A stretch of DNA of 64,000 bases from Candidatus Nealsonbacteria bacterium (GCA_026396195.1 JAPLXH010000005.1:3710-67709); one strand, 5' to 3'; counted from the stretch's first letter, positions 46,361 through 55,383 are shown. The notes: generated from the letters alone by a model not told the origin. Numbers and translations: made by a program.

Positions 46361-46951
46361 TTGATTTCTTTGATAGTTTTGACTCTTTTTTTGATATTTT
46401 TCGTGGAAAGATTTTTTAGCGGTTTCTTAAGAGAGTGCAGAAAAATTCTGAAAGAAAGGGGAATTTATCCGGGCGAAGAAGAATGGTTGTCGACCCTTAA
46501 AAGCAGGTTCAATTATTTTATTATTCTTCTTTTTTTGGTGGTTGTTATCGTGGTAAGCTTTGTTTCGATTTTTAATCTTTATTTGCTGGCCATTATCGCC
46601 CTGGGCCTTTTAATTTCGATCATGATAAGCAAGGAATTGTTCGCCTCCGTTTATTTGGTTTTTGAAGAAGTTAAAAATTTCAGCACCGAACTTTCTCAGA
46701 AAGAAAAAGCGGAATATTTCACAGGCAGTTCTTATAAAGAAGTTTTTAATTTATCCAAAGATTTAAATAAAAGCGCTCAAGATATTTATACTGCCAGAGA
46801 CAAAGAAAGAAAAGCCAAAAAAGAATTGCAGGAAAAATTGGATGAACTGGATAAATGGTACAGGTTTTCAGTCGGCCGTGAGTTAAAAATGGTGGAGTTA
46901 AAAAAAGAGATATCAAAACTCAAAGAGGAAAAAGACGATTCTGATAAATAA
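46361..46951 (+). CDS. membrane coiled-coil protein with C-terminal LDKWYR-VGRELKM-ELK module (true start uncertain)
   Basis: The ORF-track TTG start lies in the middle of a TM helix. The upstream frame is open back to the TGA at 46106. Confidence 0.55.
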   Translation: MISLIVLTLFLIFFVERFFSGFLRECRKILKERGIYPGEEEWLSTLKSRFNYFIILLFLVVVIVVSFVSIFNLYLLAIIALGLLISIMISKELFASVYLVFEEVKNFSTELSQKEKAEYFTGSSYKEVFNLSKDLNKSAQDIYTARDKERKAKKELQEKLDELDKWYRFSVGRELKMVELKKEISKLKEEKDDSDK

Positions 46952-46978
46952 AATAAAAGACAATAAGCAAGTTTTTTT

Positions 46979-47689
46979 ATGGAAAAATTAGCGATAGAAG
47001 AATCATTGTTTTTATATAAAAATATTTTCGATAAAATAATCGAACCGGTGGTTATTTTTGACCCAAATGGAAATATCAACTATGTCAACGAAACATTGAT
47101 TAAAATAGGAGAATACGGCTTAAAAGAAATTCAATCAAAGCCGATTATTTTTTTGCTTCCCGACCGGGAAAAAAATCGTATCGAGAGTTTAATCCGAGAG
47201 GTTTTAAAAGAAGGCAAGACTTACCGAGATTTTAACACTTTTTTCCAGACAAAAAATAAAAAGGAGATACCCATTGCTCTTACTTTAATTCCGTTATTGG
47301 AAGGAAAAAAAATAATCGGAGGATTTGCCATTATTGTTGATATAAGACAATTGGAGGGTTTGCTTGAAGGTTTAAATCGGGCCAGGTCGGAATTAGAGCA
47401 AAGAGTAAAAGAAAGAACCCGTGATTTGGAACAAAAAACATCAGAACTGGAAAAAGCGAAGATGGCCATTGAGGAAGCAAAAAACATTCTTGAAGTTAAA
47501 GTGGCCGCCAGAACCCGCGAGTTGAAAGAGCTTAATGAAAAACTGGAAGAAAAAGTCGGGCAAAGGACTAAAGAGCTTCAAGAAAAATTAAATGAACTTG
47601 ATAAATGGTACAGATTAACGGTTGGCCGGGAGTTAAAAATGATAGAATTAAAGGAAGAAATAAATAAATTTAAAAAAAGAATGTTGTGA
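46979..47689 (+). CDS. PAS-domain protein with coiled coil and the same C-terminal module
   Basis: PAS-like FDKIIEPVVIFDPNGNINYVNETL...G. The C-terminus is ELQEKLNELDKWYRLTVGRELKMIELKEEINKFK. Confidence 0.65.
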   Translation: MEKLAIEESLFLYKNIFDKIIEPVVIFDPNGNINYVNETLIKIGEYGLKEIQSKPIIFLLPDREKNRIESLIREVLKEGKTYRDFNTFFQTKNKKEIPIALTLIPLLEGKKIIGGFAIIVDIRQLEGLLEGLNRARSELEQRVKERTRDLEQKTSELEKAKMAIEEAKNILEVKVAARTRELKELNEKLEEKVGQRTKELQEKLNELDKWYRLTVGRELKMIELKEEINKFKKRML

Positions 47690-48237
47690 TTGCAATTGAA
47701 AAAAAAATAGAAAACAGAAAAATAGCCATTGTTATTTCTTTCAGGGATTTTAGGGATGAGGAGTATTTTATTTCAAAAGAAATTTTAGAAAAAGCCGGAG
47801 CTAAAATATTTACCGTAAGCGACTTGCCGGGCAAGGCTTTCGGAAAAGAGGGAGGGGAAGCGGAAGTAGATTTATTATTGGAAAAATTAAATCCGGAAGA
47901 ATTTGATGCCGTAGTTTTCATGGGAGGGCCGGGAGCGTTGAAGCATTTGGATAATCCGCTTTCTTATAATATAGCGAAAGAAACTGTTTTGAAAGAGAAA
48001 ATATTAGCCGCAATTTGTATCTCACCCGTTATTTTAGCTAAATCAGGCGTTTTAAGGAATAAAACGGCTACGGTTTGGACGGGAACCTTTGATAAGAGCG
48101 CTTTAAAGTTTTTTAAGGAAAATTGGGTAAATTACCAAGATGGAGAGGTGGTGATAGAGGAAAAAATAATTACTGCCAGAGATTCCGAAGCAGTTCAAAA
48201 ATTTGCCGGAGCCATAATTACGGCATTGACTCTTTAG
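47686..48237 (+). CDS. DJ-1/PfpI family protein (GTG start)
   Basis: AAICISP nucleophile-elbow Cys and VFMGGPGA. Confidence 0.75.
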   Translation: MIAIEKKIENRKIAIVISFRDFRDEEYFISKEILEKAGAKIFTVSDLPGKAFGKEGGEAEVDLLLEKLNPEEFDAVVFMGGPGALKHLDNPLSYNIAKETVLKEKILAAICISPVILAKSGVLRNKTATVWTGTFDKSALKFFKENWVNYQDGEVVIEEKIITARDSEAVQKFAGAIITALTL

Positions 48238-48268
48238 TGGCCCCGATTTATCGGGACTACTACGGGGG

Positions 48269-48421
48269 TTGACAAGTTAATATAGTTTTATATATAATGG
48301 CATTATCCCGTAGACAGCAGGCTCTGCGACAAGCTCATAAGACCTGCCGAGGAAAAAGAATATATGTTTTTATTCTATTTTTCGTCTGCGGAGAGCAGAC
48401 TTTTTGATTTATAAAAAAAAC
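48269..48421 (+). promoter_or_regulatory. rplJL promoter and leader with terminator-like hairpin (putative L10 autoregulatory leader)
   Basis: TTGACA (48269-48274), 16 nt, TATAAT (48291-48296). The leader has CAGCAGG/CCTGC pairing and GTCTGC-ggaga-GCAGAC+TTTTT (48384-48405), just before the ATG at 48422. Confidence 0.45.
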
Positions 48422-48940
48422 ATGCCAATCACAAAAAAACAAAAACAAGAAATTATTGAGGACTTAAAAGAAAAAATCAAACAGCAAAAAACGATTATTT
48501 TTGTTGATTTTAAGGGACTGAAAGTAAAAGATGTTTTTGATTTCAGGAAAAAGTTAAGAAAAGTGAATTCTTTATTTAAGGTATCTAAAAAGACCTTATT
48601 TAGAATAGCCCTTAAAGACCTGGACTCGGCTTTGTCCGAGAAGGTTGAGAAGTTGGAAGGACAAATAGGGCTTATTTTCGGCTTTAAAGATGAAATTTCA
48701 GCGGCAAAAGTTGCTTATAATTTTGCCAAAGAAAAAGAAAATCTTAAAATATTGGGAGGTTTTTTTGAAGGAAAAATTATTGATAAGGAAACGATTGCGG
48801 AATTAGCTAAAATTCCGGGCAAAGAAGAGTTGTTGGGCAGGTTGGTCGGAGCTATTGCAGCTCCCATTACTAATTTTGCTTGTGTTTTACAAGGAAACAT
48901 TAAAGGTCTGATTTGCGTGTTAAGCGCAATTAAAAAATAA
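48422..48940 (+). CDS. rplJ: 50S ribosomal protein L10
   Basis: [35 protein letters not shown]. Followed by rplL. Confidence 0.9.
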   Translation: MPITKKQKQEIIEDLKEKIKQQKTIIFVDFKGLKVKDVFDFRKKLRKVNSLFKVSKKTLFRIALKDLDSALSEKVEKLEGQIGLIFGFKDEISAAKVAYNFAKEKENLKILGGFFEGKIIDKETIAELAKIPGKEELLGRLVGAIAAPITNFACVLQGNIKGLICVLSAIKK

Positions 48941-48951
48941 TTAAAAAAAAT

Positions 48952-49407
48952 ATGACAGAAGAAAAAAAATCCGCCCCCGCTGAAGCTACGGCGGAAAAGG
49001 AAGAAAAAATAAATGTTCCCGAAAAGTTTAAAAGCTTGGTAAAAGAGATAGAAACTCTTTCGGTTTTGGACTTGGCGGAACTGGTAAAAGTTTTAGAGAA
49101 AAAATTTGGCGTTTCAGCAGCTCCTCAGATTATAGCTGCCCAGCCAACAGCTGCCGGAAGTGCAGAATCCTCAGGCGCATCAGAAAAATCAATTTTTACC
49201 ATAGAGTTGAAAGAAGTGGGAGTAAAAAAGATAGAAGTGATTAAAGCAATCAGAGATATTACCCAGAAAGGATTGAAAGAAGCCAAAGACTTGGTTGATG
49301 CCGCCGAAAAAGCAGCTCAGGTGGTGAAAGAAAACGTCAAGAAAGAAGAAGCCGAAGAAATTAAGAAAAAATTAGAAACTGCCGGAGCAAAAGTTGAACT
49401 TAAATAA
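48952..49407 (+). CDS. rplL: 50S ribosomal protein L7/L12 with ~25-aa N-terminal extension
   Basis: [19 protein letters not shown] and [24 protein letters not shown]. Confidence 0.9.
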   Translation: MTEEKKSAPAEATAEKEEKINVPEKFKSLVKEIETLSVLDLAELVKVLEKKFGVSAAPQIIAAQPTAAGSAESSGASEKSIFTIELKEVGVKKIEVIKAIRDITQKGLKEAKDLVDAAEKAAQVVKENVKKEEAEEIKKKLETAGAKVELK

Positions 49408-49409
49408 AA

Positions 49410-50090
49410 GTGAAAATAGATTTTCACATCCATACTAATTTTTCTTGCGATGCCCTAAATTCTCCCGAAGAGGTGGTTTTGAGCGCCATTTCAAAAGGTT
49501 TTGATTGTATTTGCATTGTTGACCATGGAACAACGGAAGGAGCTTCAAAAGCTCTTTCTTTCGCTTCTAAAAAGCCGATTTTAGTGATTCCTTGCATTGA
49601 AATCAACAGCAAAGAAGGGGATATCATCGGATTCAACATCAAAGAAAATATTGCGAACGGCTTTACGGCAAGGGATACAATAAAAAAGATAAACCTGCTG
49701 GGGGGAATCGCAATAATCGCTCATCCCTTTGCTTGGCCTAAAAACTTTAAGGGTAATTTAGAGAAATTTGTAATTGAAAACAAAGATCTATTTTTCGCAG
49801 TAGAAGTTTTAAACGCCAGCGCTCAAGATTGGGCTAATAAAAAGGCCCTTGGGCTTGTTAAAAAATTTAACCTGCCATTTACGGCAGGTTCTGATGCTCA
49901 CGAAGCAAGTTTTATAGGCAAGGCTTTTTTGGAAATTTCAAAAGATTGTTTTTCTGCCGGAGAAATTTTAGAAGAAATAAAAAAAAGAAACGCCTTGCCA
50001 AGGGGAGAAAAAGTAAGCTTTCTTCTGAGAATGAAAAATCTTTTTTCAACGAACATCAGGAAATTAAAAAAAGGAAAAACAAGGGCGTGA
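49410..50090 (+). CDS. PHP-domain phosphoesterase (GTG start)
   Basis: KIDFHIHTNFSCDA, IVDHG, AHP and GSDAH metal-ligand blocks. Confidence 0.75.
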   Translation: MKIDFHIHTNFSCDALNSPEEVVLSAISKGFDCICIVDHGTTEGASKALSFASKKPILVIPCIEINSKEGDIIGFNIKENIANGFTARDTIKKINLLGGIAIIAHPFAWPKNFKGNLEKFVIENKDLFFAVEVLNASAQDWANKKALGLVKKFNLPFTAGSDAHEASFIGKAFLEISKDCFSAGEILEEIKKRNALPRGEKVSFLLRMKNLFSTNIRKLKKGKTRA

Positions 50091-50095
50091 TTTTT

Positions 50096-52162
50096 TTAAA
50101 GTTTAAACTCAAGAACTTTTAAGCCGTTTATCAAATAAGCGGTTTTTTCGTCTTTAGAAATAATAAAATCCTTGATATCATTTAAATCATCAAATTTGTA
50201 TTGCTTTAAAAGCACTCCTTTTTTATCTAAAACAACGATTCGGTTTTGAGCTTGGGTCAAAATATAAAGATAAGAAAACTCGGCTTGGGTGAAAATTTTA
50301 GCCGGTTTTTCTATATAAGGGAAAAAATCCAAATTAATATCTTCCTGCGCTTCTCCTTTATAATATTTTGAAATAGTTTGATTTTCGTTTAAAAGCCAGA
50401 GAGAACCGTCGATTGCCATTGAAAGGGGAGCGTTCGCCGGTTTTTTTGTTTCGGGGCTCAGCCAAGCTTCTCCGGAAATTTTATTTTCCGATTCTTTGAA
50501 GCTGAACTTTATAATTTCTTTTTTGTTTGATTCTAAGAAATATAAATTAGAGCCGAAAATCGCAAAATCAATAAAATTAAAATCAGGATAGGGGTTCTCA
50601 ATGGTTTGCGGAGCAATTTTTTCTTTTTTGTTTAAATAAATTAATTTATTGTTATTTGACAATAAAATTGGAAAGTCCTTCAAAATCGCCCCGAGTTTTA
50701 CGGTTTCCGGAATTTCGACAAAATCATTGCTTTTTTGTTTTAGATTAAAACTGTAAACCTTATTTGATGAGTTATTTATAAAATAGAGATTCAAGCCTGC
50801 TAAAAGTATTTTTTGGGGAGAGAAGTTTTTGCCCTCAAAGTCAAAAACAGGATTTAAATTCGGGTTTTGGATTGTTTTGTTTAAAGCAAAAAGCTCTTTT
50901 TCTATTGAATTTTTTACTTCAAAAAATTCTTTTTCAAGAGGATTTTTTGACGAAAGATAACCGGATATCTCTTTCCAGGCTTCTTGGTAAAGCAGGTTCG
51001 ATTTTTTTTCGTCCCGGTAGATTAAGGCGTTTTCCGCCTCACTTGCTTTTTGTTTGATTTGTTCCAGTATTCCTTGGAATTTTATTATCTCTTTTTGTTT
51101 GTTTTTTTCGGACAAATACATTCCAGAACCCGCCATCAATATTAAAATAAAAATTATTAACAATATTTTTTTGGAACTGAAAACCCTTAAAAAGGATATT
51201 TTTTCGGGAAGCTTAATCCTGATTTTAGGACGGATATTTTTTATTTTTTCTTTTAAATAAATCCCGACAGATTTTATTCTTTTTAAATCCAACGTTTTCT
51301 TTAAATCGAAGATTTTTTTTAAGTAAAAAAATAATTTTTCTAAAATATTTTTAGTTCTTCCTGATAATTCTTTTATGTTTTTTACTTTTATCAAATCCCC
51401 GAAAGCGGGCAGCTTAAAATCAATTTTCTTTTTTGAAACAACGGGTTCCCTTACGTTAACTGTTACATTCTGAGCGGAATCCAAGGATATTAAAATAAAA
51501 ACGCCGGAAATCTCAGACAATAACCCTCTTTTTTTGTTTAAAACCTTTTTTATTTCTTCTTCTATCGCTTTTTGGGGCAGATTTTTTTCAAAAACCAATA
51601 TAATTTCCGAGAAAAAATCTTCTTTTGAGAAAAGTTCATAAGCCTCTTTAGTTAAAATTATTATTTTATCTTGCTGAGCCAGTTTCCCCGAAATAATTTT
51701 AGAAAATATTTTTAAAGGATAAGATTCCGAAAAACTTCTTTCCAGTTCTTTCCCGATATCCATTATTTTCCGTTCCCGGCATAAAATTACCTTAATATCC
51801 CCAACTTTAGTGAAGTTTAAATTAAAATCCTTTAAGCTTATCTGGGCAAAATTTAAATTTCCCAGCCAGTCAACGTTTCCATTTTTTTCCTGGTTTTCCA
51901 GAAACTTATTGGCTTCTTTCAAACTGTTTCTTAAAGAAGATTCAGCCGCTGATTTCGCTGAGATGTGGTAAAAACTGTTTTTTATCGTTAAAGCCAGATT
52001 GCTTAAAAATTGATAATTCTGGGGAAGAGCATTGGTGAGTTCTCCTACCATATAAAGATTTCCCAGTTTTTGTTCGTAAATATTTTCCGGTTCGTAAACA
52101 AAACTGTCAAAGACTAGGCCTTCTTTCTTTTTGGGGTTAAAATGAAATTCGAAAATTTGCAT
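50096..52162 (-). CDS. large hypothetical protein with a central TM helix
   Basis: 688-aa ORF. One hydrophobic segment (LLIIFILILMAGSGMYL) separates two soluble halves. No confident domain call. Confidence 0.55.
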   Translation of the reverse strand: MQIFEFHFNPKKKEGLVFDSFVYEPENIYEQKLGNLYMVGELTNALPQNYQFLSNLALTIKNSFYHISAKSAAESSLRNSLKEANKFLENQEKNGNVDWLGNLNFAQISLKDFNLNFTKVGDIKVILCRERKIMDIGKELERSFSESYPLKIFSKIISGKLAQQDKIIILTKEAYELFSKEDFFSEIILVFEKNLPQKAIEEEIKKVLNKKRGLLSEISGVFILISLDSAQNVTVNVREPVVSKKKIDFKLPAFGDLIKVKNIKELSGRTKNILEKLFFYLKKIFDLKKTLDLKRIKSVGIYLKEKIKNIRPKIRIKLPEKISFLRVFSSKKILLIIFILILMAGSGMYLSEKNKQKEIIKFQGILEQIKQKASEAENALIYRDEKKSNLLYQEAWKEISGYLSSKNPLEKEFFEVKNSIEKELFALNKTIQNPNLNPVFDFEGKNFSPQKILLAGLNLYFINNSSNKVYSFNLKQKSNDFVEIPETVKLGAILKDFPILLSNNNKLIYLNKKEKIAPQTIENPYPDFNFIDFAIFGSNLYFLESNKKEIIKFSFKESENKISGEAWLSPETKKPANAPLSMAIDGSLWLLNENQTISKYYKGEAQEDINLDFFPYIEKPAKIFTQAEFSYLYILTQAQNRIVVLDKKGVLLKQYKFDDLNDIKDFIISKDEKTAYLINGLKVLEFKL

Positions 52163-52293
52163 GGTTTATTATATCGTTCTTTTTCTATTATAACGGACTG
52201 CGTCCGGTATATCAAATTTAATAAAAGCCATTGACGAATTTTTAATTTTTAGTATAAATAAATTAGTTCCAAAGATAAAAAGGAGGTGAGAAT

Positions 52294-52539
52294 TTGCCGA
52301 TAGGCTTTGTTTTATTAACAGTGAGACTTGGTCAAGAAAAAGAAATATTTAAAAAGCTTGTAAAGATTCCGGAAATTTTGGAGACGAATCCCGTTTTGGG
52401 AGAGTGCGACTTTTTACTGAAAATTAAAGGAAAAAACCGTAAAGAAATGTCAAAAATGATTATGGAAAAGATTAAATCCATAAAGGGCACCAGGTTAGCC
52501 GAATTTTTGCCTAGCAAAAAATATCGAGAAGGGAAATAA
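52294..52539 (+). CDS. small Lrp/AsnC-ligand-binding-domain-like protein (TTG start)
   Basis: 81 aa. The pattern GFVLLTV...E..F.KL.KIPEILETNPVLGECDFLLKI resembles stand-alone AsnC-type RAM domains. AAAGGAGG lies 7 nt upstream. Confidence 0.5.
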   Translation: MPIGFVLLTVRLGQEKEIFKKLVKIPEILETNPVLGECDFLLKIKGKNRKEMSKMIMEKIKSIKGTRLAEFLPSKKYREGK

Positions 52540-52584
52540 AAAAATCCCTTCTTTTTTCTTTTTAAAATGATAAACTAAAAAATC

Positions 52585-52656
52585 GGGCACTTAGCTCAGC
52601 GGCAGAGCGCTTCGTTCACATCGAAGAGGTCGTAGGTTCAAATCCTGCAGTGCCCA
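52585..52656 (+). tRNA. tRNA-Val(CAC)
   Basis: GGGCACT TA GCTC AGCGGCA GAGC G CTTCG TTCACAT CGAAG AGGTC GTAGG TTCAAAT CCTGC AGTGCCC A. Confidence 0.95.
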
Positions 52657-52751
52657 CTTTTTACAAGGAATAGCGATTTTAAAGCCATTGGGCTTGTTTT
52701 TTTTTATGTTTGTGTTAAAATATGATTATAAAAAATTAGGAGGCATAAAAG

Positions 52752-53639
52752 TTGTTTAAAAAATTAAAAGAAATAGCTGAAGGAAGAACCGATTTGTTAA
52801 CCATCAGATGTTCAAATGCTTGGCTGGAAAGAAATCCGGAACCTACTATTTTCGTGGAATTAAACGACGAGATGGAAGTTTTAATATCCTCTCGAGATCG
52901 AAGAGAGCATTTCAAAACCGCTTCCCCTTGGTTGGCTGAACAGCTTGAGAAGTGGAGGAACTCTGACGTCCAAAAAATAACAGTAGCTACCAAAGAATAT
53001 CCCCTTGAGATCTTTGCCGGCGACACCGCTTTAATTTTGGTAATCGAAGGCAAAAGATATCTTTACAGCGCCCATAGAGATATTTACCCGAAAGGCTGGT
53101 TGCTTCCCGGCGGTTGTTCCAGGTCCAGAGAAGAGTTATTGAATCCGAGAATCCTTATGTCCCGGGAATGCGCCGAAGAGGTGTTGATTACAGATCAGGA
53201 AGGAAAAATCTATAATTTTTCCAATTCAATCAACGAAATGATGGAAAACGTTAAGGCCTGGCAGAAAGAGGGATCATTAACTCCGGGAAATATGATTCCG
53301 TTATCAGTCAAAGAGTTGTCACTGGCCAAAGGCGATGTCCGCAATATAGTAATAAGATTAAACGGGCAAGAATCAAAAATAGAAAACATTGCAGTGACGA
53401 TTGATGCTAAAATAGCCGAGGTGAGTACCTGTATTTATTTGGAAGCAGTTCTTCCCATCAAACTTAACGAATTAAGACTTTTCGATGGTGAGAAATTGCC
53501 CGACAAGACTCTTTTGAATCGGCCCATAAAGCTGACTGATGAACAAGGTGATTGTCCGGCTCTGTTTTCGCGGGGAAACAATCTTTTTATCTCTGGCTGG
53601 GTTACTCCGGCAACAGCAGAAAAAGCATTTGTTTTCTGA
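52752..53639 (+). CDS. hypothetical protein with a weak Nudix-box-like segment (TTG start)
   Basis: LPGGCSRSREELLNPRILMSRECAEEVLI loosely fits Gx5Ex7REUxEExGU, with a 3-residue insertion. Strong SD (TAGGAGG). Confidence 0.45.
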   Translation: MFKKLKEIAEGRTDLLTIRCSNAWLERNPEPTIFVELNDEMEVLISSRDRREHFKTASPWLAEQLEKWRNSDVQKITVATKEYPLEIFAGDTALILVIEGKRYLYSAHRDIYPKGWLLPGGCSRSREELLNPRILMSRECAEEVLITDQEGKIYNFSNSINEMMENVKAWQKEGSLTPGNMIPLSVKELSLAKGDVRNIVIRLNGQESKIENIAVTIDAKIAEVSTCIYLEAVLPIKLNELRLFDGEKLPDKTLLNRPIKLTDEQGDCPALFSRGNNLFISGWVTPATAEKAFVF

Positions 53640-53718
53640 CATAAATAATAAAAAACAAGAGAGGTGGTTCAATTAAAATCATCTCTTTTTCTTTTATATT
53701 AATAAACATGTATCTCTA

Positions 53719-54038
53719 TTGACAAATTATATTTGAAATGTTATAATCAAGACGTCTTGTGATTGTTAAAACTTCACAGGATAAGCCTTAGGTCGATGCA
53801 GGCCCTGTGCCAAAGTCGACCGAAACAGGCTTTTCTTTCATTCAATAAACAATTTTTTTGTTGGTTGAAAGAAGAGTCAGCAGTTCCTTTAAATAATAAA
53901 AAGAGAAGGAATAGTAGAAGAGAAACGGGGTTTTTCTTCTTTGGAAAACAACGATTCGGGCGGAATTAAAAGGCCTACCCGATGAGGCGAAAAAAAGTGA
54001 ATTTTTAGAAAGAACGAAAAGAAAAGGAGCGCGAAAGA
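53719..54038 (+). promoter_or_regulatory. consensus promoter plus ~285-nt structured leader
   Basis: TTGACA (53719-53724), 17 nt, TATAAT (53742-53747). Leader stems: AAGCCT/AGGCTT (53783-53788 with 53827-53832), GGTCGA/TCGACC (53791-53796 with 53816-53821), TTCCTT/AAGGAA (53884-53889 with 53906-53911). Confidence 0.5.
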
Positions 54039-55244
54039 ATGAATGGATTAGACAACGAAAGTGTTATCGTAGGGACGCACACAAATCCGGATTTGGATGC
54101 CGATGCGGGGATCTGGTTTTTTTTCGAAGCCAATCCACAAATTAAAAACAAACATCAGGTGATGTTTTTAAAGGGTGGAGACGAGAAGTTGGATAAACTG
54201 GGAAACGTGGTTTTAATCGACCGCGGACAAGGAGAACTAGACCATCATCAGTTAAGGTTCCAAGAAACTGCCGCCAGCATGGTAGCTAAGAAGTTCGGTC
54301 TTGATAAAGACCCGATCAATCAGAAATTTCTGGAAATAGTCAAAGCGAATGATCTTCGGGGAGAAACTAAAATTCTTTCCATAGGCGATATCATAAAAAG
54401 ATTAGCGCACAATAATAGCCTTGCCGATGAAGAAAAACTAAAAATAGGGCTTAGACTAATCGATGATGCAATGGAATTTCAGAGAAAAAACTTGGCCAGA
54501 GACCATCAGTTTGCAAAAGAATTGTATCAAGACTTTAAAAGATACGATTTCCTCGGTTATGAGGTAAGACGGTATTTCGAGCGACAAAACGAAAAGTTCC
54601 AACGACCTTTTGATCTGGTAGAAATTTTGACTGCTGAAAAGGCAATCAGAGGTAAAGAAGAAGCCGTAAAGTTCGCCAAAGAATTGATTCACTTAATCTC
54701 AAAAAGTGAAAGTGACTTCCAGAAAGCGCTGCAGGAACTTGAAAGGGCTTGGATTATCTTCCTTGGTAAAAAAGATTTTTTTATCGCGGGAGAATCTGAT
54801 AATCCGGCTTTTAATAAAGCAGCCAGATCCAAAGGAGCAATACTCGCTATCCAGAAAAGCGAAGAAGGATGTCAAATATACTTTGATTTCAGAAAGGTCT
54901 CGCCGGAAGAAGCTGATATGATCATGGCAATTATCCGTCTGCTGGAACAGGTTTATCAAAAGAAAAAGATTTTAATAACCGACTTTTTCGTCCTGAGCGA
55001 GCGGGGAAAACTCAAGGAAATACCGGAATGGTATTACTTTGTCTCTAATGATAAAAATGGCGGAAGATTTATTCTTAATAAATCTCTTACCGCTACCGAC
55101 TCAGAAGAGATACCTGAGACAAAAATTCCACTGGAAAAAATAGTGGAAGTCGTGAAACTGGTATTGACCCTCGGTGAGAATTTCAGCTTCAAAGTATTCG
55201 TCCATAAAACGCTTCTAGGATATTCGTCCCTAAAGAATCAATAA
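54039..55244 (+). CDS. DHH-family-like phosphoesterase
   Basis: VGTHTNPDLDADAG (motif I-like DxD) and IDRGQGELDHHQL (DHH). The rest is unassigned. Confidence 0.45.
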   Translation: MNGLDNESVIVGTHTNPDLDADAGIWFFFEANPQIKNKHQVMFLKGGDEKLDKLGNVVLIDRGQGELDHHQLRFQETAASMVAKKFGLDKDPINQKFLEIVKANDLRGETKILSIGDIIKRLAHNNSLADEEKLKIGLRLIDDAMEFQRKNLARDHQFAKELYQDFKRYDFLGYEVRRYFERQNEKFQRPFDLVEILTAEKAIRGKEEAVKFAKELIHLISKSESDFQKALQELERAWIIFLGKKDFFIAGESDNPAFNKAARSKGAILAIQKSEEGCQIYFDFRKVSPEEADMIMAIIRLLEQVYQKKKILITDFFVLSERGKLKEIPEWYYFVSNDKNGGRFILNKSLTATDSEEIPETKIPLEKIVEVVKLVLTLGENFSFKVFVHKTLLGYSSLKNQ

Positions 55245-55338
55245 ACGTCTCTCAATAAAACTCTCTATCCTTCTCTTTTTTCTTTTTTTAAAAACAAAAC
55301 CTATAAGGTTTTTTTTGTTTTTTAAACGTACCGTTTAA

Positions 55339-55365
55339 TTAGCACTCTTGACAAGCGAGTGATAA
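55339..55365 (+). promoter_or_regulatory. CIRCE operator (HrcA binding site) overlapping the hrcA promoter
   Basis: TTAGCACTC-ttgacaagc-GAGTGATAA has one mismatch to TTAGCACTC-N9-GAGTGCTAA. The spacer contains TTGACA. Confidence 0.85.
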
Positions 55366-55383
55366 TCTATAAAATGGAGATAT

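Noticed and set aside
53763-53969. 68-aa ORF inside the long leader.
   Set aside because: TTG start without an SD, a highly basic low-complexity product, and overlap with the predicted stems.
53750-54038. c-di-AMP (ydaO-type) or other known riboswitch in the long leader.
   Set aside because: Only isolated fragments (ACGGGG, ACCCGA) resemble the ydaO consensus as I recall it. The pseudo-twofold architecture is not apparent. The class is left unknown.
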